Source: Chloroflexota bacterium (GTDB lineage Bacteria > Chloroflexota > Anaerolineae > J102). Taken from it: DNA of 64,000 bases. The notes beneath the pieces were generated by a model that was not told the DNA's origin, ran no database searches, and saw nothing but the letters and a program-made list of their open reading frames with translations. The translations under genes were made by a program, and so were the position numbers. Of this stretch, positions 1-10,742 are shown in pieces (position 1 is the first letter of the stretch; each line of letters begins with the position of its first letter). The stretch spans positions 2,545-66,544 of the forward strand of contig JAADII010000169.1 of the NCBI GenBank assembly GCA_013151415.1. The letters run 5' to 3'.

Positions 1-1
1 C

Positions 2-262
2 GAAGGCTTCACCAAATGGGCGCCTATGCTCGTAGTGGCCGTTGGTTACAGTCTTTCCTTTTACCTGCTCTCCTTGCTTCTCAAATATGGCGTTCCCATC
101 GGCATTGTCTACGCTATCTGGTCGGGATTGGGTACGGTGGGCGCGGTCGCGGCCGGCGTCATTCTGTGGCAAGAACGGCTCAACTTTTGGGCCATTATGG
201 GCATTGTCTTCGTTATCGGAGGCGTGGTCATGATCAATCTAACGACAAATCCGAGCCATTGA
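2..262 (+). CDS. SMR-family small multidrug efflux protein (EmrE/QacE-like), 5-prime truncated at window edge
   Basis: The ORF runs to the window start. The translation ...VYAIWSGLGTVGAVAAGVILWQERLNFWAIMGIVFVIGGVVMINL matches the C-terminal TM helices of EmrE-type SMR proteins. Confidence 0.7.
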   Translation, partial: EGFTKWAPMLVVAVGYSLSFYLLSLLLKYGVPIGIVYAIWSGLGTVGAVAAGVILWQERLNFWAIMGIVFVIGGVVMINLTTNPSH

Positions 263-310
263 CCGAATAAGGGTTCAGCGCTGAAATGAGCTTAATGAAC
301 ACCCTACCCA

Positions 311-1126
311 TCACAACGCCCTGGCATAGGCCACGCCGTTCTCGAACAGCTTCAAGCCCATTTGGCCGCTCTGGCCGCGATGATGGTTGGGATGTTGATA
401 GGGGAGAATATGGTTTTCGGGATGGGGCATAAGACCGAGAATATTGCCCGCAAGGTTGGTGACGCCGGCAATGTGCGCGTCCGAGCCGTTGGGATTGATG
501 GGATAAGGGCCGGGCCGCCCCGCTTCATCGACATAGGTGAAAGCCACGAGCTGATGAGCCAAAATCGCCTCGAGCGCGTCCGCGTCGCGCGCCATAAAAC
601 GGCCTTCGCCATGCGCGACCGGGCAGAAGATGCGCTCGAGATCATGCAACCACGGCGAGGGGTTGGCGCGATTCGGCTCGAGATGCACCCACCGACATTC
701 AAAATGCGCGGATTCGTTGCGGGTGAGGGTGACGAGTCGCCCGCCATCCTCACCCGCATCTAAATTGGGGATGGCTCCGGGAAGCAAGCCGGTCTTCACC
801 AGCACCTGAAACCCATTGCAAATGCCTAGGATGGGCTTGCCCGCGTTCGCGAACGCGTGAAGCTGGTCGCCCAAATCGTGCAGCAGACGCACGGCCCACA
901 ACTTGCCCGCGCCCAGATCGTCGCCATAGGAAAAGCCGCCGGGAATGACGAGCATGGCGTAATCGCTCAGCCTTCGCTCGCCCGCCAACAACTGGTTGAT
1001 GTGCACGATTTCCGGCGCGCCGCCCGCCCACTCGCAGGCGATGGCCGCGTCCATGTCGCGATTTGTGCCGGGAGCGTGGAGGATGGCGATGGGTGGAGAG
1101 AGCGCACTTTGCCGGAGTTGCGTCAT
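311..1126 (-). CDS. purQ: Phosphoribosylformylglycinamidine synthase, glutaminase subunit PurQ
   Basis: Class-I glutamine amidotransferase motifs are present (PIAILHAPGTNRD..., GICNGFQVL, HPE). It lies immediately downstream of purL on the same strand. The start was chosen at the internal Met (MTQLRQ); ORF-max start is 1174. Confidence 0.8.
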   Translation of the reverse strand: MTQLRQSALSPPIAILHAPGTNRDMDAAIACEWAGGAPEIVHINQLLAGERRLSDYAMLVIPGGFSYGDDLGAGKLWAVRLLHDLGDQLHAFANAGKPILGICNGFQVLVKTGLLPGAIPNLDAGEDGGRLVTLTRNESAHFECRWVHLEPNRANPSPWLHDLERIFCPVAHGEGRFMARDADALEAILAHQLVAFTYVDEAGRPGPYPINPNGSDAHIAGVTNLAGNILGLMPHPENHILPYQHPNHHRGQSGQMGLKLFENGVAYARAL

Positions 1127-1157
1127 GGCGAAACCTGCGGGAGAAACAGCGATAGGA

Positions 1158-4088
1158 TCATTCAAGCGCGCCAAATGCGAACGCCAACGCTTTCACCGAG
1201 GCATCGATGCAAGGACGCCCTTCTGCGGTGCGCACAATCAGGCGTTTTTCTGCGGTCACGCGACCGATAGAGGCCAGAGGCTGGCCGGCCAGGGCCTTTT
1301 CGAACGCGATTGCATGCTTAGCCGGGACCTCGATGAGAAAACGGCCCAAAGATTCGGAAAACAGGGCTTGAGCCGGGGTGAGCGGTTCGGATGTGGGAAT
1401 GGCGGCCAGCGATATTTCCGCGCCCAAATCGCCGCCAATGCACATCTCGGCCAGCGCCACGGCCAGCCCGCCCTCGCTCAGGTCGTGCACCGCGGCCGCC
1501 CAGCCCGCGACAATCGCGCGATGAAGGCCGCGCATCCTGTCAAGGGGCGCGTCGTAAGGTCGGGGAACGGAGGCGCCCAACTCGCCGAACAGGTCGTAAT
1601 AGACCGAGCCGCCCAGTTCGGGCCGAGTCTCGCCCAGCAGGTAGAGCGCGTGTCCGGCCTCTTTCAGGTCGGTGGTGGTTGTGCGTCGCATGTCGGGCGC
1701 GACGCCCACGGCCGAGATAAGCAACGAACCCGGGATGGCGTGTTTGCGTCCGTCCGCGCCCGTGTATTCGTTGTTCAGGCTGTCCTTGCCGGAAATGAAA
1801 GGCGTTTGGTGGGCCAGGGCCGCGTCATAACAACCGCGCGCGGCCCTCACCAACGAGCCGAGACGATCGGGCAAATTGGGATTTCCCCAGCAGAAATTAT
1901 CGAGAATGGCGATACGGTCCGGGTCCGCGCCCACGGCCACCGCGTTGCGCACGGCCTCATCCACACAGGCCCAGGCCATAAAATAGGGGTCGATGAGCCC
2001 ATAGCGAGGATTGATCCCCACAGAAAGCGTCGCGGCGGGCAAGCTCTCATGCTGGAGGGCGTCTGGCTCGCGGCCAACGAGCGTGGCTTGCGGCAAGATG
2101 ACGGCCGCGTCGCCAGGCCCGCGTTGGCCTGCTCCCACCAGCGGCTTGACCACCGTCCCGCCTTGGACTTCGTGGTCATAACGATGCAAAATCGCGGCGC
2201 GAGAGCGGACGTTGGCATGGGCCAGGGCCTGCAAGAGGAGGGGCGTCAGGTCGGAGGAAGGAGGGAGGTTGGGCTCACTCAGGCCAGGTCGGGTCCAGAC
2301 CGCGCGCAATCGCCGACGAGGGACGCCATCGTGCAAAAAGGCCATCTCGAGGTCGGCAACCAGGGTCTCGCCATAATAAACGCGCAAACGCTTCGAGCCG
2401 TCGAACTCGCCCAAGATGCTAGCCTCCACATCATGGGCGCGACAAATGGCCTGGAATGCGTCCCAGTTTTGGGATGGAATGGCCAGCACCATGCGTTCTT
2501 GCGCTTCGGATAGCCAGATTTCCCAAGGGCGCAGGCCCGGATACTTGAGGGGCGCGCCCTTCAACTGCACGCGCGCGCCCACATGTTCGCCCATTTCCCC
2601 CACCGCCGAGCTAAATCCCCCCGCGCCGCAATCGGTGATGGCGTGGTAAAGCCCCGCGTCCCGCGCCCGCAGCACAACTTCCATGACCTGCTTTTCCACA
2701 ATGGGATTGCCGATTTGTACGGCTGTTCCCGCGATCTCGGCCGTGGCGTGGTCCATCTCCATGCTGGAAAAGGTGGCCCCGCGCAGACCGTCGCGGCCGG
2801 TGCGACCGCCGATGGCCACAATAAGATCGCCCGCCTGCGCGTTGGTGAGGGGGCGATGACTGCCACGCGGAAGCGCGCCCAGGCAACCACAATAAACCAG
2901 CGGGTTCGCGGTGAAGTCGCGATGGTAATGCACCGCGCCGTTCACCGTGGGGATGCCCATCTTGTTGCCGTAGTCCTCGATGCCGTGGATGACGCCCTCG
3001 ACCACGCGGCGCGGATGAAGCGAACCGGCCGGAACCTGCTCTGCCGGCAAATTCTCGGGGCCAAAGCAGAGGACGTCGGTGTTGGCGATGGGCCGGGCGC
3101 TCACGCCGAGGATGTCGCGAATGACGCCGCCCACGCCGGTGTTCGCGCCGCCGAAAGGCTCCAGAGCCGACGGGTGATTGTGCGTTTCCACCTTGAAGGC
3201 CAGGTCGAGGGTCTCGTCGAAGGCAATGACGCCGGCGTTGTCCACAAACGCGGAGTGCACCCAGGGCTTGGCGATGGCCTCGGTGGCCGCGCGAATATAC
3301 GTGTCTAGCAAACCGTCGATGACCGCGTCCTCGCCGTCCGGCTCTTCGCGATAATGGATGATGGCCTTGAATGTCTTGTGCACGCAGTGTTCGGACCAGG
3401 TCTGGGCCAGGGTCTCCAGCTCCACGTCGGTGGGATCGCGGTTTTGTTGGCGATAATAGGCCTGGATGGCCAGCATTTCGTCGCGATCCAGGCTGAGACG
3501 ACGCTCCCGACTGAGCGCGAGAAGATGGTCGGGAGTGAGGTCGCGTAAGGGAATGGTCTCGACCAGAGGCCGGTCGGACTCGAATTCGCGGCTTTCGACA
3601 AAAGGCGGCGCGATAGGGCGATTGATGGCGAAACGCTGCACGGTGTCGTTGGCCAGCAGGTCGCGCGCCAGCCTCGCCAGGATTTCTTCATCCAACGCTT
3701 CGAGAAAGCGATAGCGCCAGCCCGAGGCCGCGACCCGAACGTTTTTATAGCCCAAACTGCGGGCGACCGAAAGCAGCGATTCGGCCACGCTATCGGTGAC
3801 GCCGGGCAGATAGGTGATCTCGATGGTCGATTCTCCGGCCCGAGGCCCGGCCGCGAGATCAAGAGGACGACAGTCCAGCGTATCCGCGACCGGGTCCAGC
3901 AATGCGGTTTGGGCCAGGGCTTGCGCTTGCTCGAGAGAGAGCTCTCCGCCTATGAAATATAGATTACTGACGATAATGGACCCTATCGTCAGGGGCAATG
4001 ACTGGGCCGAACGACGGATGGCTTTGGCCCGACCATCCTCTGAACCCAAACGAGGCGTGATTTCGATGCGATAGATGTTTTGCGGCAT
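1158..4088 (-). CDS. purL: Phosphoribosylformylglycinamidine synthase subunit PurL with fused N-terminal PurS-like domain(s)
   Basis: The maximal ORF is 984 aa. The AIR-synthase-related PurL core carries about 240 extra N-terminal residues resembling PurS (IYRIEITPRLG..., VTDSVAESLLSVARSLGYKNVRVAASGWRYRF...LLANDTVQRF). ATG at 4088 (MPQNIY) was chosen; ORF-max start is a TTG at 4112. Confidence 0.85.
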   Translation of the reverse strand: MPQNIYRIEITPRLGSEDGRAKAIRRSAQSLPLTIGSIIVSNLYFIGGELSLEQAQALAQTALLDPVADTLDCRPLDLAAGPRAGESTIEITYLPGVTDSVAESLLSVARSLGYKNVRVAASGWRYRFLEALDEEILARLARDLLANDTVQRFAINRPIAPPFVESREFESDRPLVETIPLRDLTPDHLLALSRERRLSLDRDEMLAIQAYYRQQNRDPTDVELETLAQTWSEHCVHKTFKAIIHYREEPDGEDAVIDGLLDTYIRAATEAIAKPWVHSAFVDNAGVIAFDETLDLAFKVETHNHPSALEPFGGANTGVGGVIRDILGVSARPIANTDVLCFGPENLPAEQVPAGSLHPRRVVEGVIHGIEDYGNKMGIPTVNGAVHYHRDFTANPLVYCGCLGALPRGSHRPLTNAQAGDLIVAIGGRTGRDGLRGATFSSMEMDHATAEIAGTAVQIGNPIVEKQVMEVVLRARDAGLYHAITDCGAGGFSSAVGEMGEHVGARVQLKGAPLKYPGLRPWEIWLSEAQERMVLAIPSQNWDAFQAICRAHDVEASILGEFDGSKRLRVYYGETLVADLEMAFLHDGVPRRRLRAVWTRPGLSEPNLPPSSDLTPLLLQALAHANVRSRAAILHRYDHEVQGGTVVKPLVGAGQRGPGDAAVILPQATLVGREPDALQHESLPAATLSVGINPRYGLIDPYFMAWACVDEAVRNAVAVGADPDRIAILDNFCWGNPNLPDRLGSLVRAARGCYDAALAHQTPFISGKDSLNNEYTGADGRKHAIPGSLLISAVGVAPDMRRTTTTDLKEAGHALYLLGETRPELGGSVYYDLFGELGASVPRPYDAPLDRMRGLHRAIVAGWAAAVHDLSEGGLAVALAEMCIGGDLGAEISLAAIPTSEPLTPAQALFSESLGRFLIEVPAKHAIAFEKALAGQPLASIGRVTAEKRLIVRTAEGRPCIDASVKALAFAFGALE

Positions 4089-4129
4089 GGCGGCTTCGAA
4101 AATAGCGTCCAATGTCCGAAGTCCGGGGC

Positions 4130-4195
4130 GGGGGGTTCAAGGTTTCTGGTTCAAAGTTCAAGGTTCAAGATTCAAGGTTTAAAGTTCAGGTTCGT
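4130..4195. repeat. Tandem microsatellite-like repeat, unit about GGTTCAAG (7-8 imperfect copies)
   Basis: Read directly: ggttcaaggtttctggttcaaagttcaaggttcaagattcaaggtttaaagttcaggttc. It lies in the intergenic region upstream of purL and of the TA promoter. Confidence 0.7.
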
Positions 4196-4321
4196 GTGAT
4201 GGCGCGCTTCCGCAAGCAACGATCCATCTCTTGAAGACAACGCGATATGAACCCTGAAAAAGCTCAACGCAGAGAGACACAGAGAGCGCAGAGGGAAAAA
4301 TAGCGTGCTCGGCGGACAGGG

Positions 4322-4350
4322 TTGAGAATGTAAGCAAAATCCGGTAAAAT
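4322..4350 (+). promoter_or_regulatory. Sigma70-like promoter TTGAGA-17-TAAAAT upstream of the MNT/HEPN pair
   Basis: TTGAGA at 4322-4327, a 17-nt spacer, and TAAAAT at 4345-4350. An AAGGA RBS sits 9 nt before the ATG at 4391. Confidence 0.5.
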
Positions 4351-4390
4351 AGTGGCAAGTCTTGACTCGGACGATCAAGGATAGTGGACT

Positions 4391-4795
4391 ATGCGAACTT
4401 CATACAAATATGAAGAAAAGTTGGCTCAACATCAAAAAATACATTCTGGAAAGTCCATATCAAAGCGGGACGTGAACGAAGGCCAGATTGAGCGGATCGC
4501 TCGATCCTGTCAGCGCGTTCTGGCCAAGCATTACGGCCATCGCTTGAAAGGAGTTGTTTTATATGGCTCGGCCGCTCAAAACAAAATGGACGAAGAAAGC
4601 GACATCGACTTACTCGTTCTTCTTCGCAAACCATTTGATTATTTTGCGGAATTGCGACGGATTATCGACCTACTCTATCCGGTTCAACTAGAATCTGACC
4701 GTCTGATATCCGCCAAACCGGCGGCCATTGACGAATTCGAAGCCGGCGCCATTCAACTCTATCGCAATGCCAAAATGGATGGCCACGTAATATGA
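4391..4795 (+). CDS. Minimal nucleotidyltransferase (MNT/MntA-like antitoxin component)
   Basis: NTase-fold motif LYGSAAQNKMDEESDIDLLVLL (GS...DxD). It overlaps the downstream HEPN gene by 4 nt (ATGA). Confidence 0.75.
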   Translation: MRTSYKYEEKLAQHQKIHSGKSISKRDVNEGQIERIARSCQRVLAKHYGHRLKGVVLYGSAAQNKMDEESDIDLLVLLRKPFDYFAELRRIIDLLYPVQLESDRLISAKPAAIDEFEAGAIQLYRNAKMDGHVI

Positions 4796-5187
4796 ACCAC
4801 CAGCATGAGCAGGAGATTCACGCGAGTTTGGAACGAGCGAATGCCTCGATTCAAGCAGCGAAAACACTCTTGGCCAACGCTTATCCCGATTTTGCGGCAT
4901 CCAGAGCTTATTACGCCGCCTTTTACGCCGCGACTGCTCTGCTGCTCAGCGAGGGCCTCAAGTATCGCAGGCACAGTGGAGTAATCGCTGCCATTCATCG
5001 TGAATTCGTAAAGACGGGCGAACTGAGCCAGGAGCAGGGCAAGCATTTGAACTGGCTATTCGAATTGCGCAATGTTGGGGATTATGGGATGACCCTCCAT
5101 GTAACATCAGAAACCGCGGAATCGGCCATTGCAGCCGCTCAAGACTTTCTCGACGCTGTTCAAACCTTATTGGAAAGTCGCCATTAG
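4792..5187 (+). CDS. HEPN-domain protein (HepT-like toxin component)
   Basis: The all-helical HEPN-like sequence (SRAYYAAFYAATALLLSEG..., ELRNVGDYG) is translationally coupled to the MNT gene. The region has lower GC than its flanks. Confidence 0.7.
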   Translation: MNHQHEQEIHASLERANASIQAAKTLLANAYPDFAASRAYYAAFYAATALLLSEGLKYRRHSGVIAAIHREFVKTGELSQEQGKHLNWLFELRNVGDYGMTLHVTSETAESAIAAAQDFLDAVQTLLESRH

Positions 5188-5206
5188 CCACTAATGACCG
5201 TCTGTC

Positions 5207-6748
<1,542 letters not shown>

Positions 6749-6798
6749 TCAGTAGATGAGACGCTTGGGAATCGAGCGGGATGAAGCCATGGCCGAGC

Positions 6799-7749
6799 TC
6801 ACGGAAGCAACGTCACTGGAATGCGGGTCTCGTCAATGCGACGGCCATCGCGAGGGCTTACGCCATAGACGCTGATAAGGGCCGGTGTGGGAGATGAGGG
6901 AGCGAACTCGAAATCGGCCGAAAACAAATCATACATGATCGCTCCGCCGATGCTTGTGGTTTGCTGCAACAAGGAGCCGTTGCGGTCTTGCAAGTCTATA
7001 ACCACACCCCCTTCGAATGTCCAGGAATAGCCGCTCACCTTGCCTGTGGGTCGCCACTTCTGGCCGACCCGAGGCGTAAACACATCCAACATGCGTTGTC
7101 CAGGAATGAGAACAATGGGAATGATCACTTTGTTGATTTCAGCGCCGCTGCGAGCATCTATTTCGAATAATTCCAAGACGGCCGACGACTCGCCCTCTTG
7201 CAAAGTCTCGAAACGAATGTAAGTATGAAAGAAATCATACTTCACGCCACCGCCCGCGGCAATGCGCTCAGCCAGAACTTCGCCGGTCTCCGCATCCTTC
7301 AAGCGAATGTTCACCGCGCCTTCAAATGTGCGGGAAAAGCCGATGATTTCGATAGGGCTATGGTATACGCCCTCCGCCACCGGCGAAAACACCTCAATGG
7401 CCGCAGCCGGAGGGGGCCAAGGCTTGGGAGTGGGGGTTGGTTTGGGTCTGGCTTTTTTCTTTCCCGGAATGCAAAGACGCTGGCCTACGTATATGCGATT
7501 GACGTTGCGAATGCTGTTCGCTCGCGCCAACGAACGCACCGATACGCGAAAACGCGCCGCGATTTGCGACAATACGTCCCCTTGTCTGACCACATAAACG
7601 CGGCGGCACTGGGCCGCAACCGAAGGAGCCTGGCCCAAATCGGCCTGCACTGCAACGGCACCCCCCAATGAGAAAAGCGCCGCCAACACCAACGCCAACC
7701 AGCGCAGGCGCGAACGCCTGACACGCGTTTCAACGTCCCATCGTCTCAT
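6799..7749 (-). CDS. Secreted/anchored LysM-domain protein with two Gmad2-like Ig-fold domains
   Basis: An N-terminal hydrophobic anchor is followed by a LysM motif (YVVRQGDVLSQIAARFRVSVRSLARANSI...YVGQRLCIP), a Pro/Thr linker, and two repeats of the EV(F/Y)SP...I.G..R.FEG.V..RL.D..G type. The ATG at 7749 has AGGAGG 12 nt upstream; ORF-max is a TTG at 7785. Confidence 0.6.
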   Translation of the reverse strand: MRRWDVETRVRRSRLRWLALVLAALFSLGGAVAVQADLGQAPSVAAQCRRVYVVRQGDVLSQIAARFRVSVRSLARANSIRNVNRIYVGQRLCIPGKKKARPKPTPTPKPWPPPAAAIEVFSPVAEGVYHSPIEIIGFSRTFEGAVNIRLKDAETGEVLAERIAAGGGVKYDFFHTYIRFETLQEGESSAVLELFEIDARSGAEINKVIIPIVLIPGQRMLDVFTPRVGQKWRPTGKVSGYSWTFEGGVVIDLQDRNGSLLQQTTSIGGAIMYDLFSADFEFAPSSPTPALISVYGVSPRDGRRIDETRIPVTLLP

Positions 7750-7812
7750 TGTCCTATCATCCCTCCTGATTTGAGCTGCACTCAAGTGAGGTGGAGAAAA
7801 CCGCCCTTACGA

Positions 7813-9366
7813 TTAATTTTGGGGCGTGGGCGTCGCGGCCGCGGTTTGGGACATGCCCGGAGGCAGTGCGCCCAGCCCTCGATGGGGCAGCTTTTCCAGG
7901 CGGGCCAGTTTACGGCGCGCCAATGGCAATGTCGTCCAATGATAGATCATGGCCGCGACCTGACGCAAGTGTCCTTTACGCCACCGCCTTGGGTGCAGCG
8001 CCACCCTGGCCAATCGCCGTGCATATTTCCGCGCCCGGTATTCTTTGTGCAGCGTCACATGCAACTGCCGATAAAACTCGGTTGCATATGGCCCATGGTA
8101 CAACATGGCCAGGTCCTCAGAATCTTGCCAATTTTGCTTCACCCCGAGCTGATCCTTCACTCGTTCATAAAACTTCGTGCCCGGCAAAGGATAAGACACC
8201 GACATGCCAATGTCATCGGGTTGGCAATCGCGCACCATTTGCAGCGTCTTTTCGATATCCTCTCGCGTCTCGCCGGGATAACCGAACTGCAAGAAAAACC
8301 CCACCCTGACGCCATGCCTGTGCAGCAACTCGGTCGCCTGATAAATCTGCTCCACGCGCGTGCCCTTCTCCATCGCGTCCAAAATTTTTTGTGAGCCCGA
8401 CTCAGCCCCCACCCAAACAATGTCGCAGCCGGCCCGCTTCATGGCTTCCACCTCGCCCTGGCGCAATAGCAAATCCACCCGGCTCAAACACTTGAAGGGA
8501 ACCAACGCGTCCTCTTGCGCCACCAACTCGGCGAAGCGCGTCCACCAACCTGGCTTCAGACCCACAATATCATCTGCAAACCAAATGTGATCGGGATGAT
8601 AGGTTTGCTTCAACCATTTCAATTCGGCCACCACGTTTTCGGGGCTGCGCGCATTATAACGCTGCCCCCAAATTGGCTTGGCGCACCAGTTGCAATGATA
8701 GGGACACCCTCGCGTGGTGACCATATTCATGGAATAATAGCCGTGCCGCTCCCGCCAAATGCCTCGATACCGCTCCACATCCACAAGATCCCAGGCCGGA
8801 AAAGGGAGGCTATCCACATCTTTGATGTCGGGACGGCGAGGCGTGATGATGAGGTCGGATGAAGAAGGCCGTTCGGGATGGCGCAAAAACGCCAGGCCCA
8901 GAATTTGGTCGAGGGGCATGTGAGAGCGGCCGGTGAGATGATCGAGCAGCTCGGCCAAAGTGCGCTCGCCTTCGCCAATAAGAACGAAATGCGCGCCGCT
9001 TGCCAGATAAAGGCGCGCGTGGTCAGAGGCGTCGGACCCCGCCACAATGACCGTGCACCCGCGAGCGCGGGCCATCTCGATCATGGTGAACGCGGCTTGC
9101 CTCATACGCAGCAGGCACATTTTAGAAAGATAGTTGAAGTTGTCTTCATAGATAACCGCATATTGAGGTTGCGTTTCATCCAAGGCGGCCGCCCATTCCT
9201 CCTCCGAGCTGGCCAACATGGCGTCGAAAAGAGCGACCTCATATCCACGCGCTCGCAAGAACGCGGCCGCATACATGGTCCCCAATGGCGGGTAGGGCTG
9301 CATCGCCTCCCAAAGCTTGGGATCGAAACGAAGATAGTAAGATTGGCCAAAGAGAATCTGCGCCAT
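7813..9366 (-). CDS. B12-binding-domain radical SAM protein
   Basis: An N-terminal cobalamin-binding-like region is followed by a CxxxCxxC motif (RGCPYHCNWC) and a radical SAM core. The start was set to the internal MAQILFG (ATG at 9364-9366), which overlaps the upstream gene stop by 4 nt. Confidence 0.75.
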   Translation of the reverse strand: MAQILFGQSYYLRFDPKLWEAMQPYPPLGTMYAAAFLRARGYEVALFDAMLASSEEEWAAALDETQPQYAVIYEDNFNYLSKMCLLRMRQAAFTMIEMARARGCTVIVAGSDASDHARLYLASGAHFVLIGEGERTLAELLDHLTGRSHMPLDQILGLAFLRHPERPSSSDLIITPRRPDIKDVDSLPFPAWDLVDVERYRGIWRERHGYYSMNMVTTRGCPYHCNWCAKPIWGQRYNARSPENVVAELKWLKQTYHPDHIWFADDIVGLKPGWWTRFAELVAQEDALVPFKCLSRVDLLLRQGEVEAMKRAGCDIVWVGAESGSQKILDAMEKGTRVEQIYQATELLHRHGVRVGFFLQFGYPGETREDIEKTLQMVRDCQPDDIGMSVSYPLPGTKFYERVKDQLGVKQNWQDSEDLAMLYHGPYATEFYRQLHVTLHKEYRARKYARRLARVALHPRRWRKGHLRQVAAMIYHWTTLPLARRKLARLEKLPHRGLGALPPGMSQTAAATPTPQN

Positions 9367-9368
9367 GT

Positions 9369-10292
9369 TTAGTCCTTGCTCCTTTTTTCTTCCACACCAT
9401 CGATGCGGCGAGCGTAGACGTCCAATATGCGGTGCGCGTGACCGTCGAAATGACCTTTGCACCAATCGGGCGAGAACGCGGCCTCGTCTTGATGTGGAAA
9501 CTGGTGACGGAACTTGTCGATCTTACGCGTCATTTCCCATTGTTCGGCCTTTGCGCCAAGCCGAGTGCCGAGAACCCTCTCGGCCGCGCCGCGCAAGGGA
9601 CGCCAGGCGCGAAATCGGCCGTTGAGCCGAAAGCGTCCATTCATCATGGGCGGCGGCCCCACAGCATTGGGGAGAAAATCGAACAACCAATCATTGACTC
9701 GTCGCATGCGCGTATAAACATCCATGCCAAACAAGGGGCGCATCTGCGCCAGCTCGCGAGCCGTGAAAAGATTGTGCGGCTCAACGGTCAAAGCGCGCTC
9801 GGAGAGAAAAAAATTCGGGCACAAGACCACGCCGCGACGCTCGGCCATCTTCACCAAACCCACCACCATGGCCCGGCACAACCACAAACGGCCCGGAGAG
9901 GTGACGATGAGATAATCAATATCGCCATCTTCATCCACGTTGTTGACGGCCAGTGAGCCGGTTACAGCCACCATGCGCACAAAAGGCAGCGCCTCCATGA
10001 GCGCAGCATAATGCAGCGCCTGCGGCCACAAGCGCTGAGCGACCTGCTCGCGATGCTCTCGGATCGCCACAATGCCCTCGCGCCCCGCCAATAAGATATA
10101 TCTTCCACGACGAACAAGACGCTCTCTCAGCCGCGGGCTTTGGGCGAGCGCCGCTCGCACCTCTGCAAGGGTGGCCGGCTTCCCCACCAGGTAGCGATGG
10201 ATTTCGCTCTCGGTAAGCGGATAATCGAAAACATCTGCGTAGACTACGGTCTGCAAAATGGCGGATTCCAAAGCGGAGATCATAATGGACAT
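9369..10292 (-). CDS. Hypothetical protein with a nucleotidyltransferase-fold-like motif
   Basis: 307 aa. The motif VAVTGSLAVNNVDEDGDIDYLIV resembles the GS...DxD of pol-beta-type NTases. It is translationally coupled to the downstream B12-rSAM gene. Confidence 0.45.
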   Translation of the reverse strand: MSIMISALESAILQTVVYADVFDYPLTESEIHRYLVGKPATLAEVRAALAQSPRLRERLVRRGRYILLAGREGIVAIREHREQVAQRLWPQALHYAALMEALPFVRMVAVTGSLAVNNVDEDGDIDYLIVTSPGRLWLCRAMVVGLVKMAERRGVVLCPNFFLSERALTVEPHNLFTARELAQMRPLFGMDVYTRMRRVNDWLFDFLPNAVGPPPMMNGRFRLNGRFRAWRPLRGAAERVLGTRLGAKAEQWEMTRKIDKFRHQFPHQDEAAFSPDWCKGHFDGHAHRILDVYARRIDGVEEKRSKD

Positions 10293-10611
10293 GATGAGTT
10301 GCGTAGAGCAAAAATGACCTTATGAGCGAGGCGGCTTGACGCATCAAGCATGGAAACGAGTTTCTCCGATAGGGCCAAACGCATGGGAGAATGGACCCGT
10401 TCCTGGCTTGCAAGCTTTGCAAGCCCCTACGCCTCGCGACTCAGGCGCTGTCGTAGAAAAAACGTCCGGATAAGCGCGGGCGAAATCGCGTATGCATCTA
10501 TTATTACGCCTGCACTGGTGGGATAGATGCCTGTCAAATGGGATGCACTATCGTATCGCGAAGCAAAGCTCAGGAGCAAACATGCGTTCGACAAGGCTTT
10601 CACCACCGACA

Positions 10612-10640
10612 TTGACAAAAAGCCTCCATCCCCTTACGAT
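10612..10640 (+). promoter_or_regulatory. Candidate sigma70 promoter TTGACA-17-TACGAT upstream of the TIR-STAND gene
   Basis: TTGACA at 10612-10617 and TACGAT at 10635-10640, about 100 nt upstream of the ATG at 10743. Confidence 0.3.
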
Positions 10641-10742
10641 AAATCAGCCAGAGAATTGCCTGCTCTCCCCGCGAGGACGCTCTCGGCCCCATCGAGAGAC
10701 GCGCCTCCTATCCCCGCGTCGTCAAGGGGGCGGGAAATAAAC

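Noticed and set aside
996-2513. 505-aa plus-strand ORF antisense to purL
   Set aside because: It is completely embedded antisense in a well-supported purL. The Arg/Ala/Gly-rich translation is typical of high-GC frame artifacts.
10527-10742. N-terminal 72-codon extension of the TIR-STAND ORF
   Set aside because: The RBS-supported ATG at 10743 begins exactly at the TIR domain. The upstream part is low-complexity and overlaps the putative promoter.
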